Of a DNA stretch of 32,000 nucleotides, positions 1 through 8,549 are shown piece after piece. The stretch lies in the NCBI RefSeq assembly GCF_000284455.1, contig NC_017039.1, positions 3,030,001-3,062,000 on the forward strand, read 5' to 3'. Under the pieces are notes generated by a model. That model saw nothing but the letters and a program-made list of their open reading frames with translations. It ran no database searches and was not told where the DNA came from. How positions within the stretch are numbered: position 1 is the first letter of the stretch; each line of letters begins with the position of its first letter. Source of the stretch: Synechocystis sp. PCC 6803 substr. PCC-P. Its GTDB lineage: Bacteria; Cyanobacteriota; Cyanobacteriia; Cyanobacteriales; Microcystaceae. Made by a program: the position numbers and the translations under genes.

Positions 1-2
1 AG

Positions 3-308
3 TCAGGGATAGTAAAGGCTCTGAGAGGAAAGATTCAGATAGTTCTGGAGATGATAGAGTTGAGACTTTATAAGCAGATTTTAAATGCTTCTCACTCACT
101 GTTCAGTCCCTATCATTATCATCAAGCTTTACAAAACGCTGTTTTGGCAAGTCAACATTTTGAAGAGGTTAGAGCCATGACGGTTTTATCTTTATTCTAT
201 TTGTACTATTCTACGCCATTTTTGAGCCTAGTGCATGGTGATTCAAGTTCTGAAAAAGCAGCTTGGCTCAGTTGTGTTAATACTAACCAAGAAAAGATGC
301 AAAAATAG
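3..308 (+). pseudogene. Upstream (TPR/AAA-scaffold-like) segment of a large multidomain sensor kinase. The frame is open to the left window edge and ends at an in-frame TAG at 306-308.
   Basis: Same frame as ORF 324..2603 (51 and 324 are both 0 mod 3), with no stop between nt 3 and 305. The joined translation ...NQEKMQK*AEHAPMNYLHKYHLVEAEKARVLG reads like the conserved ...KKW-x-HAPMN-x-HK-x-LVEAE junction I recall from cyanobacterial kinase-AAA/TPR-GAF-PAS-HK proteins. Confidence 0.55.
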
Positions 309-323
309 GCGGAACACGCCCCA

Positions 324-2603
324 ATGAATTACTTGCACAAATATCATCTAGTTGAAGCAGAAAAAGCGCGGGTCTTAGGGCAATTCTTTGAGGCTGAAGA
401 GTTTTATGAGCGAGCGATCGCAGGTGCTGCTGAAAATGAGTTTATTCAAGAAGAAGCATTGGCTTATGAATTAGCGGCTAAACATTATCTAGCGCGAGGT
501 CGAGAAAAAATTGCTCGAACTTATATGAAAGAAGCGCACTATTGCTACGATCGCTGGGGCGCAAAAGCTAAAGTTAAAGACTTAGAAAAACGGTATCCAC
601 AATTACTCAATTCCAACTTGATTCGGCAATCAACTTTGACTGAGGGAATGATCAGTCATTCGACCGCCGTGATGAAAGCGGCTCAAGCCCTCTCAGAAAT
701 TATCCATCTTGATCAATTGATTGCCAGGTTACTGTTGATGGCTCAGGCAGCAATTTCACTAGAAAATGCTCGGCTGTATGAACGGCTAGCAAACTATGCC
801 AAAACACTGGAAAGGAAACTAGAAGAGCAAACTCAAGCATTACAGCAGGAGATCATCAATCGCGAACGAACAGAAGACGCATTACGACAAAGTGAAGCGA
901 ATTATCGCAATCTGCTACAAACCGCGAATTCAATCATCATTCGCTATGATCCGCAAGGACGGATTCACTACATCAACGATTATGGGGTAAAACTCCTCGG
1001 CTACAAAGAACATCAAATCTTAGGACGAACCTTATTTGAAACCATCATTCCGGACATCGAAATCTCTGGGCGTGATGTCAAACCTATGGTTCACAATTTA
1101 CTTCGCAACCCTCAATCGTACCCGCAAGGTGAGGGTGAAAACCTGTGTCGAGACGGTCGGCGCGTTTGGGTTGCCTGGTCGAATCAAGCTATTTTCAACG
1201 ATCGGGGAGAGGTGGTTGAAATCTTATCGGTGGGCAATGACACCACTCAGCGTAGACAAGCAGAAGAGGCATTACAACGTAGTGAAGCTAAGTTCCGCAA
1301 CATCTTTGCAAATTCGCAGGTTGGTATCTACCGTAGCCGTATCGGTGATGGCTTAATTCTCGATGCCAATCAACGCTTTGCCGATCTGTTTGGCTTTGAT
1401 TCACCCCAAGAGATGATTGGGATTGAACACACTACAGGCTATTGGGTCAATCTCAGCGATCGCCAACAAGGCATTGAGGTGATAAAGCGGGATGGGGAAG
1501 TGCGAAATTATGAAGCACAGATGCGAAAACGAGATGGGACAGTGTTTTGGGGACTTTTCTCTTCTTATCTGAATGCAGCCGATGACTACATCGAAGGGGT
1601 GATTGCAGATATTAGCGATCGCAAACAGGCAGAAGTCGCGTTGCAAGCCTCTGAAGCGGAACTGCGGGCGCTCTTTTCAGCCATTCCCGATCCGCTATGT
1701 ATCATCAATGCTGAAGGGCGATTGCTCTGCACAATCAAAGGAACTTCATCTTATGGAGAGGAGTGTACTGGCAAAACGCTGCATCAACTTTTTGCCAAAG
1801 AACAAGCTGATGAATTTCTGGATTACATTCAGCAGTCGGTGAGAACTCAACAAGTCCTCACCGTTGAATACAGTGATTGGATCGCTGGACGAGAAGTTTG
1901 GTTTTCGGCTCGCATTGCCCCGATTCGACATGAGCAGGTGATTTGGCTGGCGCGAGATATTACGGCGCAAAAGCAAGCAGAAGCCGCCTCGATTTTAGAA
2001 GAGCGCAACCGCATGGCACGCGAGATTCACGACACACTGGCTCAGGCGTTTACAGGCATTCTGGCTCAGGTGGGAGCGGCAAAGCAGGTGCTAACGGATG
2101 ATGTAGAAGCATCTCAGGCACATCTAGATCTAATCAAAGAATTGGCGCGAACTGGACTGACTGAAGCGCGGCGATCGGTAGTAGCGCTCCGCCCTCAGCT
2201 TTTGGAGGGGGGCAGTTTACAAAGCGCTCTCCATCATCTCGTCGCTCAAATCAGAACTGCCGCAATGGATACCACTTTGTATTGTGAGGTCAAGGGGACA
2301 GCCTATGCTCTATCAACTGAAGTCGAAAGTAACCTACTGCGGATTGGGCAGGAATCGTTAACTAATGCAATTAAACACGCCAATGCTGACGAAATCCGAG
2401 TGCAGCTAGTCTACGATTGTGATCGATTCTGCTTGCGCGTGAAAGATAATGGACAGGGATTTGGAGTTGGTAGTATTCCAGCCTCTGAGGGCTTTGGCTT
2501 ACTCGGCATGAGCGAGCGAGCAGAGCGCATCGGCGCACAACTAACCATTAGGAGTCAACCTGGACAGGGAACAGAGATTATTGTCACCGTCATTCGGGAG
2601 TAA
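324..2603 (+). CDS. Multi-PAS sensor histidine kinase, HisKA_3/NarL-partner type. The N-terminal part is a remnant of a larger protein.
   Basis: 759 aa ORF with three PAS-like repeats, each preceded by a coiled linker (...RQSEANYRNLL..., ...LQRSEAKFRNIF..., ...LQASEAELRALF...). H-box REIHDTLAQAF, N-box ESLTNAIKHANA, G-boxes VKDNGQGF and GFGLLGMSERA. Confidence 0.9.
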   Translation: MNYLHKYHLVEAEKARVLGQFFEAEEFYERAIAGAAENEFIQEEALAYELAAKHYLARGREKIARTYMKEAHYCYDRWGAKAKVKDLEKRYPQLLNSNLIRQSTLTEGMISHSTAVMKAAQALSEIIHLDQLIARLLLMAQAAISLENARLYERLANYAKTLERKLEEQTQALQQEIINRERTEDALRQSEANYRNLLQTANSIIIRYDPQGRIHYINDYGVKLLGYKEHQILGRTLFETIIPDIEISGRDVKPMVHNLLRNPQSYPQGEGENLCRDGRRVWVAWSNQAIFNDRGEVVEILSVGNDTTQRRQAEEALQRSEAKFRNIFANSQVGIYRSRIGDGLILDANQRFADLFGFDSPQEMIGIEHTTGYWVNLSDRQQGIEVIKRDGEVRNYEAQMRKRDGTVFWGLFSSYLNAADDYIEGVIADISDRKQAEVALQASEAELRALFSAIPDPLCIINAEGRLLCTIKGTSSYGEECTGKTLHQLFAKEQADEFLDYIQQSVRTQQVLTVEYSDWIAGREVWFSARIAPIRHEQVIWLARDITAQKQAEAASILEERNRMAREIHDTLAQAFTGILAQVGAAKQVLTDDVEASQAHLDLIKELARTGLTEARRSVVALRPQLLEGGSLQSALHHLVAQIRTAAMDTTLYCEVKGTAYALSTEVESNLLRIGQESLTNAIKHANADEIRVQLVYDCDRFCLRVKDNGQGFGVGSIPASEGFGLLGMSERAERIGAQLTIRSQPGQGTEIIVTVIRE

Positions 2604-2610
2604 AATCACG

Positions 2611-3240
2611 ATGAGCCAAGCCACGACTATTCGGGTTTTGATTGCGGACGACCATGCTATTTTTCGGCAAGGATTAGCCACGATTATTAACCGTGACCCA
2701 GATATGCAGGTGATTGCCCAAGCCGAAAATGGGGAACAAGCAATCGCGCTATTTGAGGAACACCAACCAGATGTAACGCTAATGGATCTGCGAATGCCTG
2801 AAGTGGAAGGAGTTGCTGCTATCAGTGCAATTTGTGCGATCGTTAAATTTGCTCGAATTATTGTCCTGACCACGTATGATAGTGACGAAGATATTTATCG
2901 GGGATTGCAGGCAGGAGCAAAAGGATATCTGTTGAAAGAAACTGAACCTGACGAGCTTCTGAATGCGATTCGCACCGTTCATCGGGGTCAGAAGTATATT
3001 CCGCCCGATGTAGGAGCAAAGTTAGTTCAACGTCTCAGCAATCCGGAACTGAGTGAAAGAGAACTAGAAGTACTCGGCTCACTGGCGCAGGGCATGAGTA
3101 ATGCCGATATTGCGACCGCTTTAAGTATCGGTGAAGGTACTGTTAAATCCCATGTCAATCGGATTTTGAATAAGTTGGATGTCGGCGATCGCACCCAAGC
3201 TGTGATTGTTGCCGTTAAACGCGGCATTGTCAGTTTGTAA
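2611..3240 (+). CDS. NarL/FixJ-family response regulator (REC domain plus LuxR-type HTH)
   Basis: The ATG at 2611 lies 7 nt after the kinase stop. REC motifs IRVLIADDH and DVTLMDLRMPE. LuxR HTH LSERELEVLGSLAQGMSNADIATALSIGEGTVKSHVNRILNKL. The TTG at 2581 in the ORF track overlaps the kinase and is probably not the start. Confidence 0.92.
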   Translation: MSQATTIRVLIADDHAIFRQGLATIINRDPDMQVIAQAENGEQAIALFEEHQPDVTLMDLRMPEVEGVAAISAICAIVKFARIIVLTTYDSDEDIYRGLQAGAKGYLLKETEPDELLNAIRTVHRGQKYIPPDVGAKLVQRLSNPELSERELEVLGSLAQGMSNADIATALSIGEGTVKSHVNRILNKLDVGDRTQAVIVAVKRGIVSL

Positions 3241-3461
3241 GGTGTACTTTCGATCAGACTAGGATTCTAACTTAAGTTATAACCAGCCTTTTACTCTACG
3301 ATGGCATGGTTGCTCCATCAATTTATACTATAAAAATTTTAACTTGCTGTAGAAGACGGTTTGAAGGCGATTGCCTATATTGAATTTATGCAAATAGAGA
3401 CGCAGTCAAGTAATCGAGCAAGTTAATTGCAAGGTTTCATGTCTGATATAGATGTAGAAAA

Positions 3462-4019
3462 ATGAGCAAAGATCGCAACCACGGTTCCTTACTTGTACCA
3501 CCTTCAACCCAAGATTGGATGCAAGGTGTGCTGAGTGCCAAGGTCGTACTGGTGATGTATGGAGATTACCAAGACTCCAGAAGTGCGGATGTTTACAAGC
3601 TGATTAAAGTCATCAAACGAGAGCTTAGTGCTTCTTTTGGAGAGGATTATTCATGCTTTATCTTCCGTCATTTTCCGCAAGTACAGATCCATCCTCATGC
3701 TCAACGAGCCGCCCAAGCTGCCGAAGCCGCTGCTGCCCAAGGACAGTTTTGGTTAATGAATGATACCTTATTTGACCATCAACAAAGGTTGGAGAATGGT
3801 TATCTTGTCGAGTACGCCAATGATTTAGGACTTGATATTCCTCAATTTCTCAAAGAGTTGGCTAAACAAGTGCACGTTGATCGCATCAAGAAAGATATTG
3901 AAGGCGGTTTACAAAGTGGAGTGATGGCTGTTCCAGCACTTTTTGTTAATGGAATTCTCTATCGCGATTGCTGGAATATTAAACAGTTGATCGCAACCAT
4001 TATTGCTTCAAGTTACTAG
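3462..4019 (+). CDS. DsbA-family thioredoxin-fold protein lacking the CXXC active site
   Basis: 185 aa. LLVP...VMYGDYQDSRSA...FRHFPQVQIHPHAQRAAQAAEAAAAQGQFW...VPALFVNG is colinear with cyanobacterial DsbA-like proteins (VEYGDYECPYCG...FRHFPL..IHPHA...KFW...TPTFFING), but CPYC is replaced by DSRS. Confidence 0.8.
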   Translation: MSKDRNHGSLLVPPSTQDWMQGVLSAKVVLVMYGDYQDSRSADVYKLIKVIKRELSASFGEDYSCFIFRHFPQVQIHPHAQRAAQAAEAAAAQGQFWLMNDTLFDHQQRLENGYLVEYANDLGLDIPQFLKELAKQVHVDRIKKDIEGGLQSGVMAVPALFVNGILYRDCWNIKQLIATIIASSY

Positions 4020-4061
4020 TCTCCCCAATCTTTGCCTCCAATTCATACTTAGGAAATTCCA

Positions 4062-4892
4062 ATGCCTTACGTTACTGTTGGTCAAGAAAATTCTGCAACC
4101 ATTGATATCTATTACGAAGATCTTGGGGCCGGTCAACCCATTGTTCTGATTCATGGATTTCCCCTCAACGGCGATTCCTGGGAAAAGCAGGTCTTGGTGC
4201 TCCTAAATGCAGGGTATCGAGTGATTACCTACGATCGCCGAGGATTTGGTGCTTCCAGTCAGCCCTCATCTGGCTATGACTACGATACCTTCGCCGCCGA
4301 TTTGCATACACTCATGACCAAGCTTGACTTGCAAAATACTGTGCTGGTCGGTTTTTCAATGGGAACAGGTGAAGTCACACGTTATCTTGGCAAATACGGC
4401 TCAGAGCGGGTGCAGAAAGCTGTGTTGATGGCTCCAGTACCGCCCTTTCTGTTAAAAACAAACGACAATCCTGAAGGCGTTGACCAAAGCGTTTTCGATG
4501 GCATTATGAAAGCGATTGTTGACGATCGTCCAGCTTATTTCTCTGCCTTTTTCAAAGAGTTCTTCAATGTTGATGTGCTGCTGGGTGAGCGCATCAGCAA
4601 TGAAGCAATTCAAGCCAGTTGGAATGTAGCAGCAGGGGCTTCTGCTAAAGGGACTTTGGACTGTGTACCATCCTGGCTCACCGATTTTCGTGATGATCTG
4701 CCCCGCATTGACGTGCCGACTCTGATTATCCATGGCGATGCAGATCGCATTTTGCCCCTGGAGTCCACCGCTGCAAGACTGCCAAAGCGGATTAAAAACA
4801 GTCAGCTTGAGATTATCCCTGGCGGACCGCACGCCATCAACTGGACTCATGCTGATCAGGTAAATCCCCTGTTATTGAACTTTCTTCAGTAG
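4062..4892 (+). CDS. Alpha/beta hydrolase of the non-haem chloroperoxidase / arylesterase type
   Basis: 276 aa. The N-terminus (TVGQENSATIDIYYEDLGAGQPIVLIHGFPLNGDSWEKQ) is typical of cofactor-free haloperoxidases. Catalytic triad candidates are GFSMGTG (Ser), HGDADRILP (Asp) and GGPHAINWTH (His). Confidence 0.88.
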   Translation: MPYVTVGQENSATIDIYYEDLGAGQPIVLIHGFPLNGDSWEKQVLVLLNAGYRVITYDRRGFGASSQPSSGYDYDTFAADLHTLMTKLDLQNTVLVGFSMGTGEVTRYLGKYGSERVQKAVLMAPVPPFLLKTNDNPEGVDQSVFDGIMKAIVDDRPAYFSAFFKEFFNVDVLLGERISNEAIQASWNVAAGASAKGTLDCVPSWLTDFRDDLPRIDVPTLIIHGDADRILPLESTAARLPKRIKNSQLEIIPGGPHAINWTHADQVNPLLLNFLQ

Positions 4893-5137
4893 GAATAATC
4901 AACTACTACATTTCTGACTTACGGGAGAACTCTGTGATTCATCCATTGAATCAGGCTCACGTTAGTCTAGATGGAGTTTTGTAAATCAACAAGTTGAGTT
5001 CTGAGGACAAAAATGTTGGCGGTGCAATCGCATCTTTACTTACTGAAGATAATTGCTGAGTAAATGCTCAGAGAATTTAAGTCTTTAGCGGCATATTTCT
5101 TTAATTCACCCTCACTAAAACACAAGGAAAACTCACC

Positions 5138-5872
5138 ATGTTAAATATAGAAAATAAAGTAATTGTCATCACTGGAGCCAGTAGCGGTATTGGTGAAGCC
5201 ACCGCGAAACTGCTCGCCCAAAATGGTGCAAAAGTTGTTTTGGGGGGACGGCGGATAGACAAGCTAGAGAAGCTAATTAAACAGATTCATGCATCTGGTG
5301 GGACAGCAGAATTTAAAACGGTTGATGTCACCGATCGCCACGATGTAAAAGCATTTGTTGAGTTCGCCAACGACAAATTTGGCCGTGTCGATGTCATCTT
5401 TAACAATGCTGGCGTGATGCCCCTGTCGCCGATGAATGCCCTGAAAGTCGAGGAATGGGACAACATGATTAATGTGAATATTCGTGGCGTGCTTAATGGC
5501 ATTGCAGCGGGCTTGCCAATTATGGAAGCGCAAGGGGGCGGGCAAATCATCAATACTGCCTCCATTGGTGCCCATGTGGTAGTGCCCACTGCAGCAGTTT
5601 ACTGTGCAACCAAGTATGCGGTTTGGGCAATTTCTGAAGGACTGCGGCAGGAATCACAAAACATCCGCGTCACCACCATCTCTCCGGGAGTCGTTGCCAC
5701 TGAACTTGGCTCTGATATCACCGATGAGTCATCCAAAGGCTTGTTAGAAGAACTTCGCAAAACCGCCCTTACCTCAGAGGCGATCGCCAGAGCCGTTTTA
5801 TACGCTGTTTCCCAGCCGGACGATGTTGACGTCAATGAAATCATAGTCCGACCGACGGCCAGTACGTTTTGA
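5138..5872 (+). CDS. Short-chain dehydrogenase/reductase (classical SDR)
   Basis: 244 aa. Cofactor motif TGASSGIGEATA, NNAG, and catalytic YCATKYAV (YxxxK). Confidence 0.9.
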   Translation: MLNIENKVIVITGASSGIGEATAKLLAQNGAKVVLGGRRIDKLEKLIKQIHASGGTAEFKTVDVTDRHDVKAFVEFANDKFGRVDVIFNNAGVMPLSPMNALKVEEWDNMINVNIRGVLNGIAAGLPIMEAQGGGQIINTASIGAHVVVPTAAVYCATKYAVWAISEGLRQESQNIRVTTISPGVVATELGSDITDESSKGLLEELRKTALTSEAIARAVLYAVSQPDDVDVNEIIVRPTASTF

Positions 5873-5927
5873 AGAGAATCAATCAAAGCATAGGAGCGTT
5901 ATCACCAACACAAAGGACATTGTTGTA

Positions 5928-6182
5928 ATGAAACCATTTCATCTTTTAGCTGTTATGGCGCTTATTCTCACGGTAGGCTGTAACGCTGTCGGACAAACTT
6001 CTGTTCACAATGAAACATCAGCACCAAGTAAAAAGAGCGAAGTTGCACTGGTTACAGAGGGTTCACGCGGGTTAGGAGCGGCGATCGCCACTGCCGAGAT
6101 CTTCTGCTGTTATCGTTCCCGTTGTTTTCAACTTGCTTACAATCCCGACGATGGTAGTTGCTGGCATGAGCTAATAGGATAG
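5928..6182 (+). pseudogene. Probable remnant of a second SDR gene, fused to a signal/lipobox-like leader. Unlikely to encode a functional enzyme.
   Basis: The 84 aa ORF contains EVALVTEGSRGLGAAIA, which is the SDR TGxxxGxG motif with Gly changed to Glu, and then loses similarity. A +1 shifted frame just downstream reads ...SSAVIVPVVFN, resembling the next SDR beta-strand (GAxVVVNY). The N-terminus MKPFHLLAVMALILTVGC looks like a lipoprotein signal. Confidence 0.35.
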
Positions 6183-6202
6183 ATCATCTGGAGATTAAAC
6201 CA

Positions 6203-6994
6203 ATGGCAATTCTGAAACAATTAGGGATTTTATTTGGATTGGGCATTGTGGGAATTGTGATGTTCACGATCACATCTATTCCTTTAGTCGAGCAACAGTT
6301 AGCGAAACTGTCTCCAGAAATACTGGAAAAAGTGCCGCCATTGTGGATTTTAATGCTTCTGCAAGGAATACAGTATTCAATTCTGCTGACAATCAGCATT
6401 CTGATCGGAATTGGCTGTGCCTATCGTGTTGGATTAAGCTCCCATTTGATTGATCATTGGGTGTTTCATACTGCTAAGTCTCCATCTTTTGCTGTTGAGA
6501 TGAAGTGGAGTCTGGGTATCGGTGCAGTGGCGGCCATTGTTATCTTGTTGCTTGATCGGTTGATGCAACCTGCCCTACCTGAAACGCTACGGGCAGCAAA
6601 TAATACAGAACCAAATTGGTTGAATTTGCTCACAGCAATGTTCTATGGTGGCATCACTGAGGAAATTCTGATGCGCTGGGGCTTAATGTCGCTGCTTGTT
6701 TGGATAGCGTGGAAAGCCTTCAAACAAGGCACTACATTGCCCAGTCAAGGAATTTACCAGGGCGCGATCGTTCTAGCTGCGTTGGTATTTGGACTACTAC
6801 ACTTGCCCGCGACTGCCGCGATCGTTCCCCTCACTCCACTTGTGATTATTCGGGCGTTGTTACTGAATGGGATTGTGGGAATCGCGTTTGGCTGGCTCTT
6901 TTGGCAATATTCGCTAGAGGCTGCAATGTTAGCCCATATCAGCTTTCATGTTTTTACCCCTATTCTTAGCGGTTTACTGGCAAGGTTGGCTTAA
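6203..6994 (+). CDS. CPBP-family intramembrane glutamic endopeptidase (CAAX protease / Abi family)
   Basis: 263 aa polytopic membrane protein. Motif 1 GGITEEILMRWGL (EExxxR), motif 2 FGLLH, motif 3 AHISFH. Confidence 0.82.
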   Translation: MAILKQLGILFGLGIVGIVMFTITSIPLVEQQLAKLSPEILEKVPPLWILMLLQGIQYSILLTISILIGIGCAYRVGLSSHLIDHWVFHTAKSPSFAVEMKWSLGIGAVAAIVILLLDRLMQPALPETLRAANNTEPNWLNLLTAMFYGGITEEILMRWGLMSLLVWIAWKAFKQGTTLPSQGIYQGAIVLAALVFGLLHLPATAAIVPLTPLVIIRALLLNGIVGIAFGWLFWQYSLEAAMLAHISFHVFTPILSGLLARLA

Positions 6995-7125
6995 GTTCTG
7001 AAATAGATCTCATAGAGCTATCACTGCCCACAAAGCTTTACCGTGAAAGGTTTTACAAAGAAAAGCTTTAAAGATGGTGAGCGATGCCCACTACTTGAAT
7101 TGATGCTCAACTCTACAGTTTTAAG

Positions 7126-7425
7126 ATGGCGAATCAAATGATTCAATACAAAGATTTTGCGCCTCGGATCACTGAACGGGGACCCTTCGGCGGACCTTCC
7201 GAGTATGAATCTTTCTTGGAGGTTGTTAGGGAGGTCAATCAGTGGATTGCAAGTACGAGTATAAGGATAATCAACGCTGAAACTATTGTTCTACCAGATA
7301 GCTTGAAAAGCACAAGTGATGGTGTCTACGGCGTGACGGTCAGTAATGGAGTTTATCCAGTGATGATTAGCCAGGGCGTTACAGTCAACTACTTTCAATG
7401 TGTGCGTGTGTGGTACAGAGAATGA
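7126..7425 (+). CDS. Hypothetical protein (99 aa) with no family I recognise
   Basis: Clean ORF in a + strand gene array with no competing ORF. No motifs identified. Confidence 0.4.
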   Translation: MANQMIQYKDFAPRITERGPFGGPSEYESFLEVVREVNQWIASTSIRIINAETIVLPDSLKSTSDGVYGVTVSNGVYPVMISQGVTVNYFQCVRVWYRE

Positions 7426-7685
7426 GCTTCACCGGAGAACAAATAATGAAACGATTCACTCACTTTCCTGTACCTCGCACTGGAAGTCTGTCTGACAGCG
7501 ATCGCGCTTGGATACCTAAATCTGCCTTCGGGTCTTCAAACCAGCCTATTCATCGTCGTTAATCCTGATCCCATTGCGACTGACTTTATCCAATAGCAAT
7601 ATTCCTGTACGAAACGTTAATTTGAGTCTTTAAGTCTTCATTTTTTAGTCAAAATTTACTACAACACCCCATCAGGAGGTTTCCA

Positions 7686-8549
7686 ATGAACCGGAAGATT
7701 TTAGTAACTGGTGCAACCGGGAGCAACGGTACGGAGATTGTCAAGCGACTCGCAGCAAAGAACGTGCAAGTCCGCGCCATGGTTCGTGACTTTGATCGAG
7801 CAAAGAAGATTGCATTCCCGAATGTTGAAGTGGTGGAGGGGAACTTTGATCGCCCTGAGACGCTGTTGGAGGCGCTGGCTGAAGTAGACCGTGCCTTTCT
7901 CTTAACGAACTCTACAGAACGCGCAGAAGCCCAACAACTCGCGTTTGTTGATGCCGCTCGTCAGAATGGTGTCAAGCATATCGTTAAACTATCGCAATTT
8001 GCAGCCGATGCCCATTCGCCCGTGCGCTTTTTGCGTTACCATGCCGCAGTCGAAGCGGCAATTCAAGGATCAGGAATGACGTACACGTTTCTGCGTCCCA
8101 ACCTCTTTATGCAGGGCTTATTAAACTTTCAATCGACAATCACGAGCCAAAACGCCTTTTATGCGGCGATCAGTGATGCAAAAGTCAGCGTGGTAGATGT
8201 GCGCGATATTGCGGACGTTGCAGTAGTTGCCCTAACAGAAACAGAACATGAGGGAAAGATTTACAACCTCACCGGACCACAGGCATTGACTCATGCTGAG
8301 ATGGCAGAACAACTCTCGGCTGCGCTCAATCGTCAGATTGCATTTGTCGATATTCCTTCTGAAGTAATGCGCGATCAACTGCTCAACATTGGGATGCCAC
8401 CTTGGCAAGCAGACGGCGTGATTGAGGATTATGCGCACTACCGACGCAATGAGGCTGCAGCAGTTTCGTCTGGTATACAGGACGCAATTGGTAAAGAGCC
8501 GCGCAGTTTTAATACATTCGCCTGTGACTACGCAGCAATGTTTGGCTAG
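7686..8549 (+). CDS. NmrA-like / atypical SDR NAD(P)-binding protein
   Basis: 287 aa. Rossmann N-terminus KILVTGATGSNGTEIVKRL, preceded by the Shine-Dalgarno-like AGGAGG at about 7673-7678. Overall NmrA/HSCARG-like layout. Confidence 0.85.
   Translation: MNRKILVTGATGSNGTEIVKRLAAKNVQVRAMVRDFDRAKKIAFPNVEVVEGNFDRPETLLEALAEVDRAFLLTNSTERAEAQQLAFVDAARQNGVKHIVKLSQFAADAHSPVRFLRYHAAVEAAIQGSGMTYTFLRPNLFMQGLLNFQSTITSQNAFYAAISDAKVSVVDVRDIADVAVVALTETEHEGKIYNLTGPQALTHAEMAEQLSAALNRQIAFVDIPSEVMRDQLLNIGMPPWQADGVIEDYAHYRRNEAAAVSSGIQDAIGKEPRSFNTFACDYAAMFG

Noticed and set aside
1036-1976. ORFs of 76-106 aa (1036..1356 +, 1401..1646 -, 1603..1842 +, 1746..1976 -) inside the histidine kinase gene
   Set aside because: They lie out of frame or antisense within a long ORF that has strong domain evidence. 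They have no motifs of their own, and their low-complexity, Arg/Ser-rich translations are typical of shadow ORFs. The same applies to the embedded or antisense ORFs inside cpo, the SDR, nadV, nrsS, nrsR, nrsA, nrsD, coaT and ziaA.
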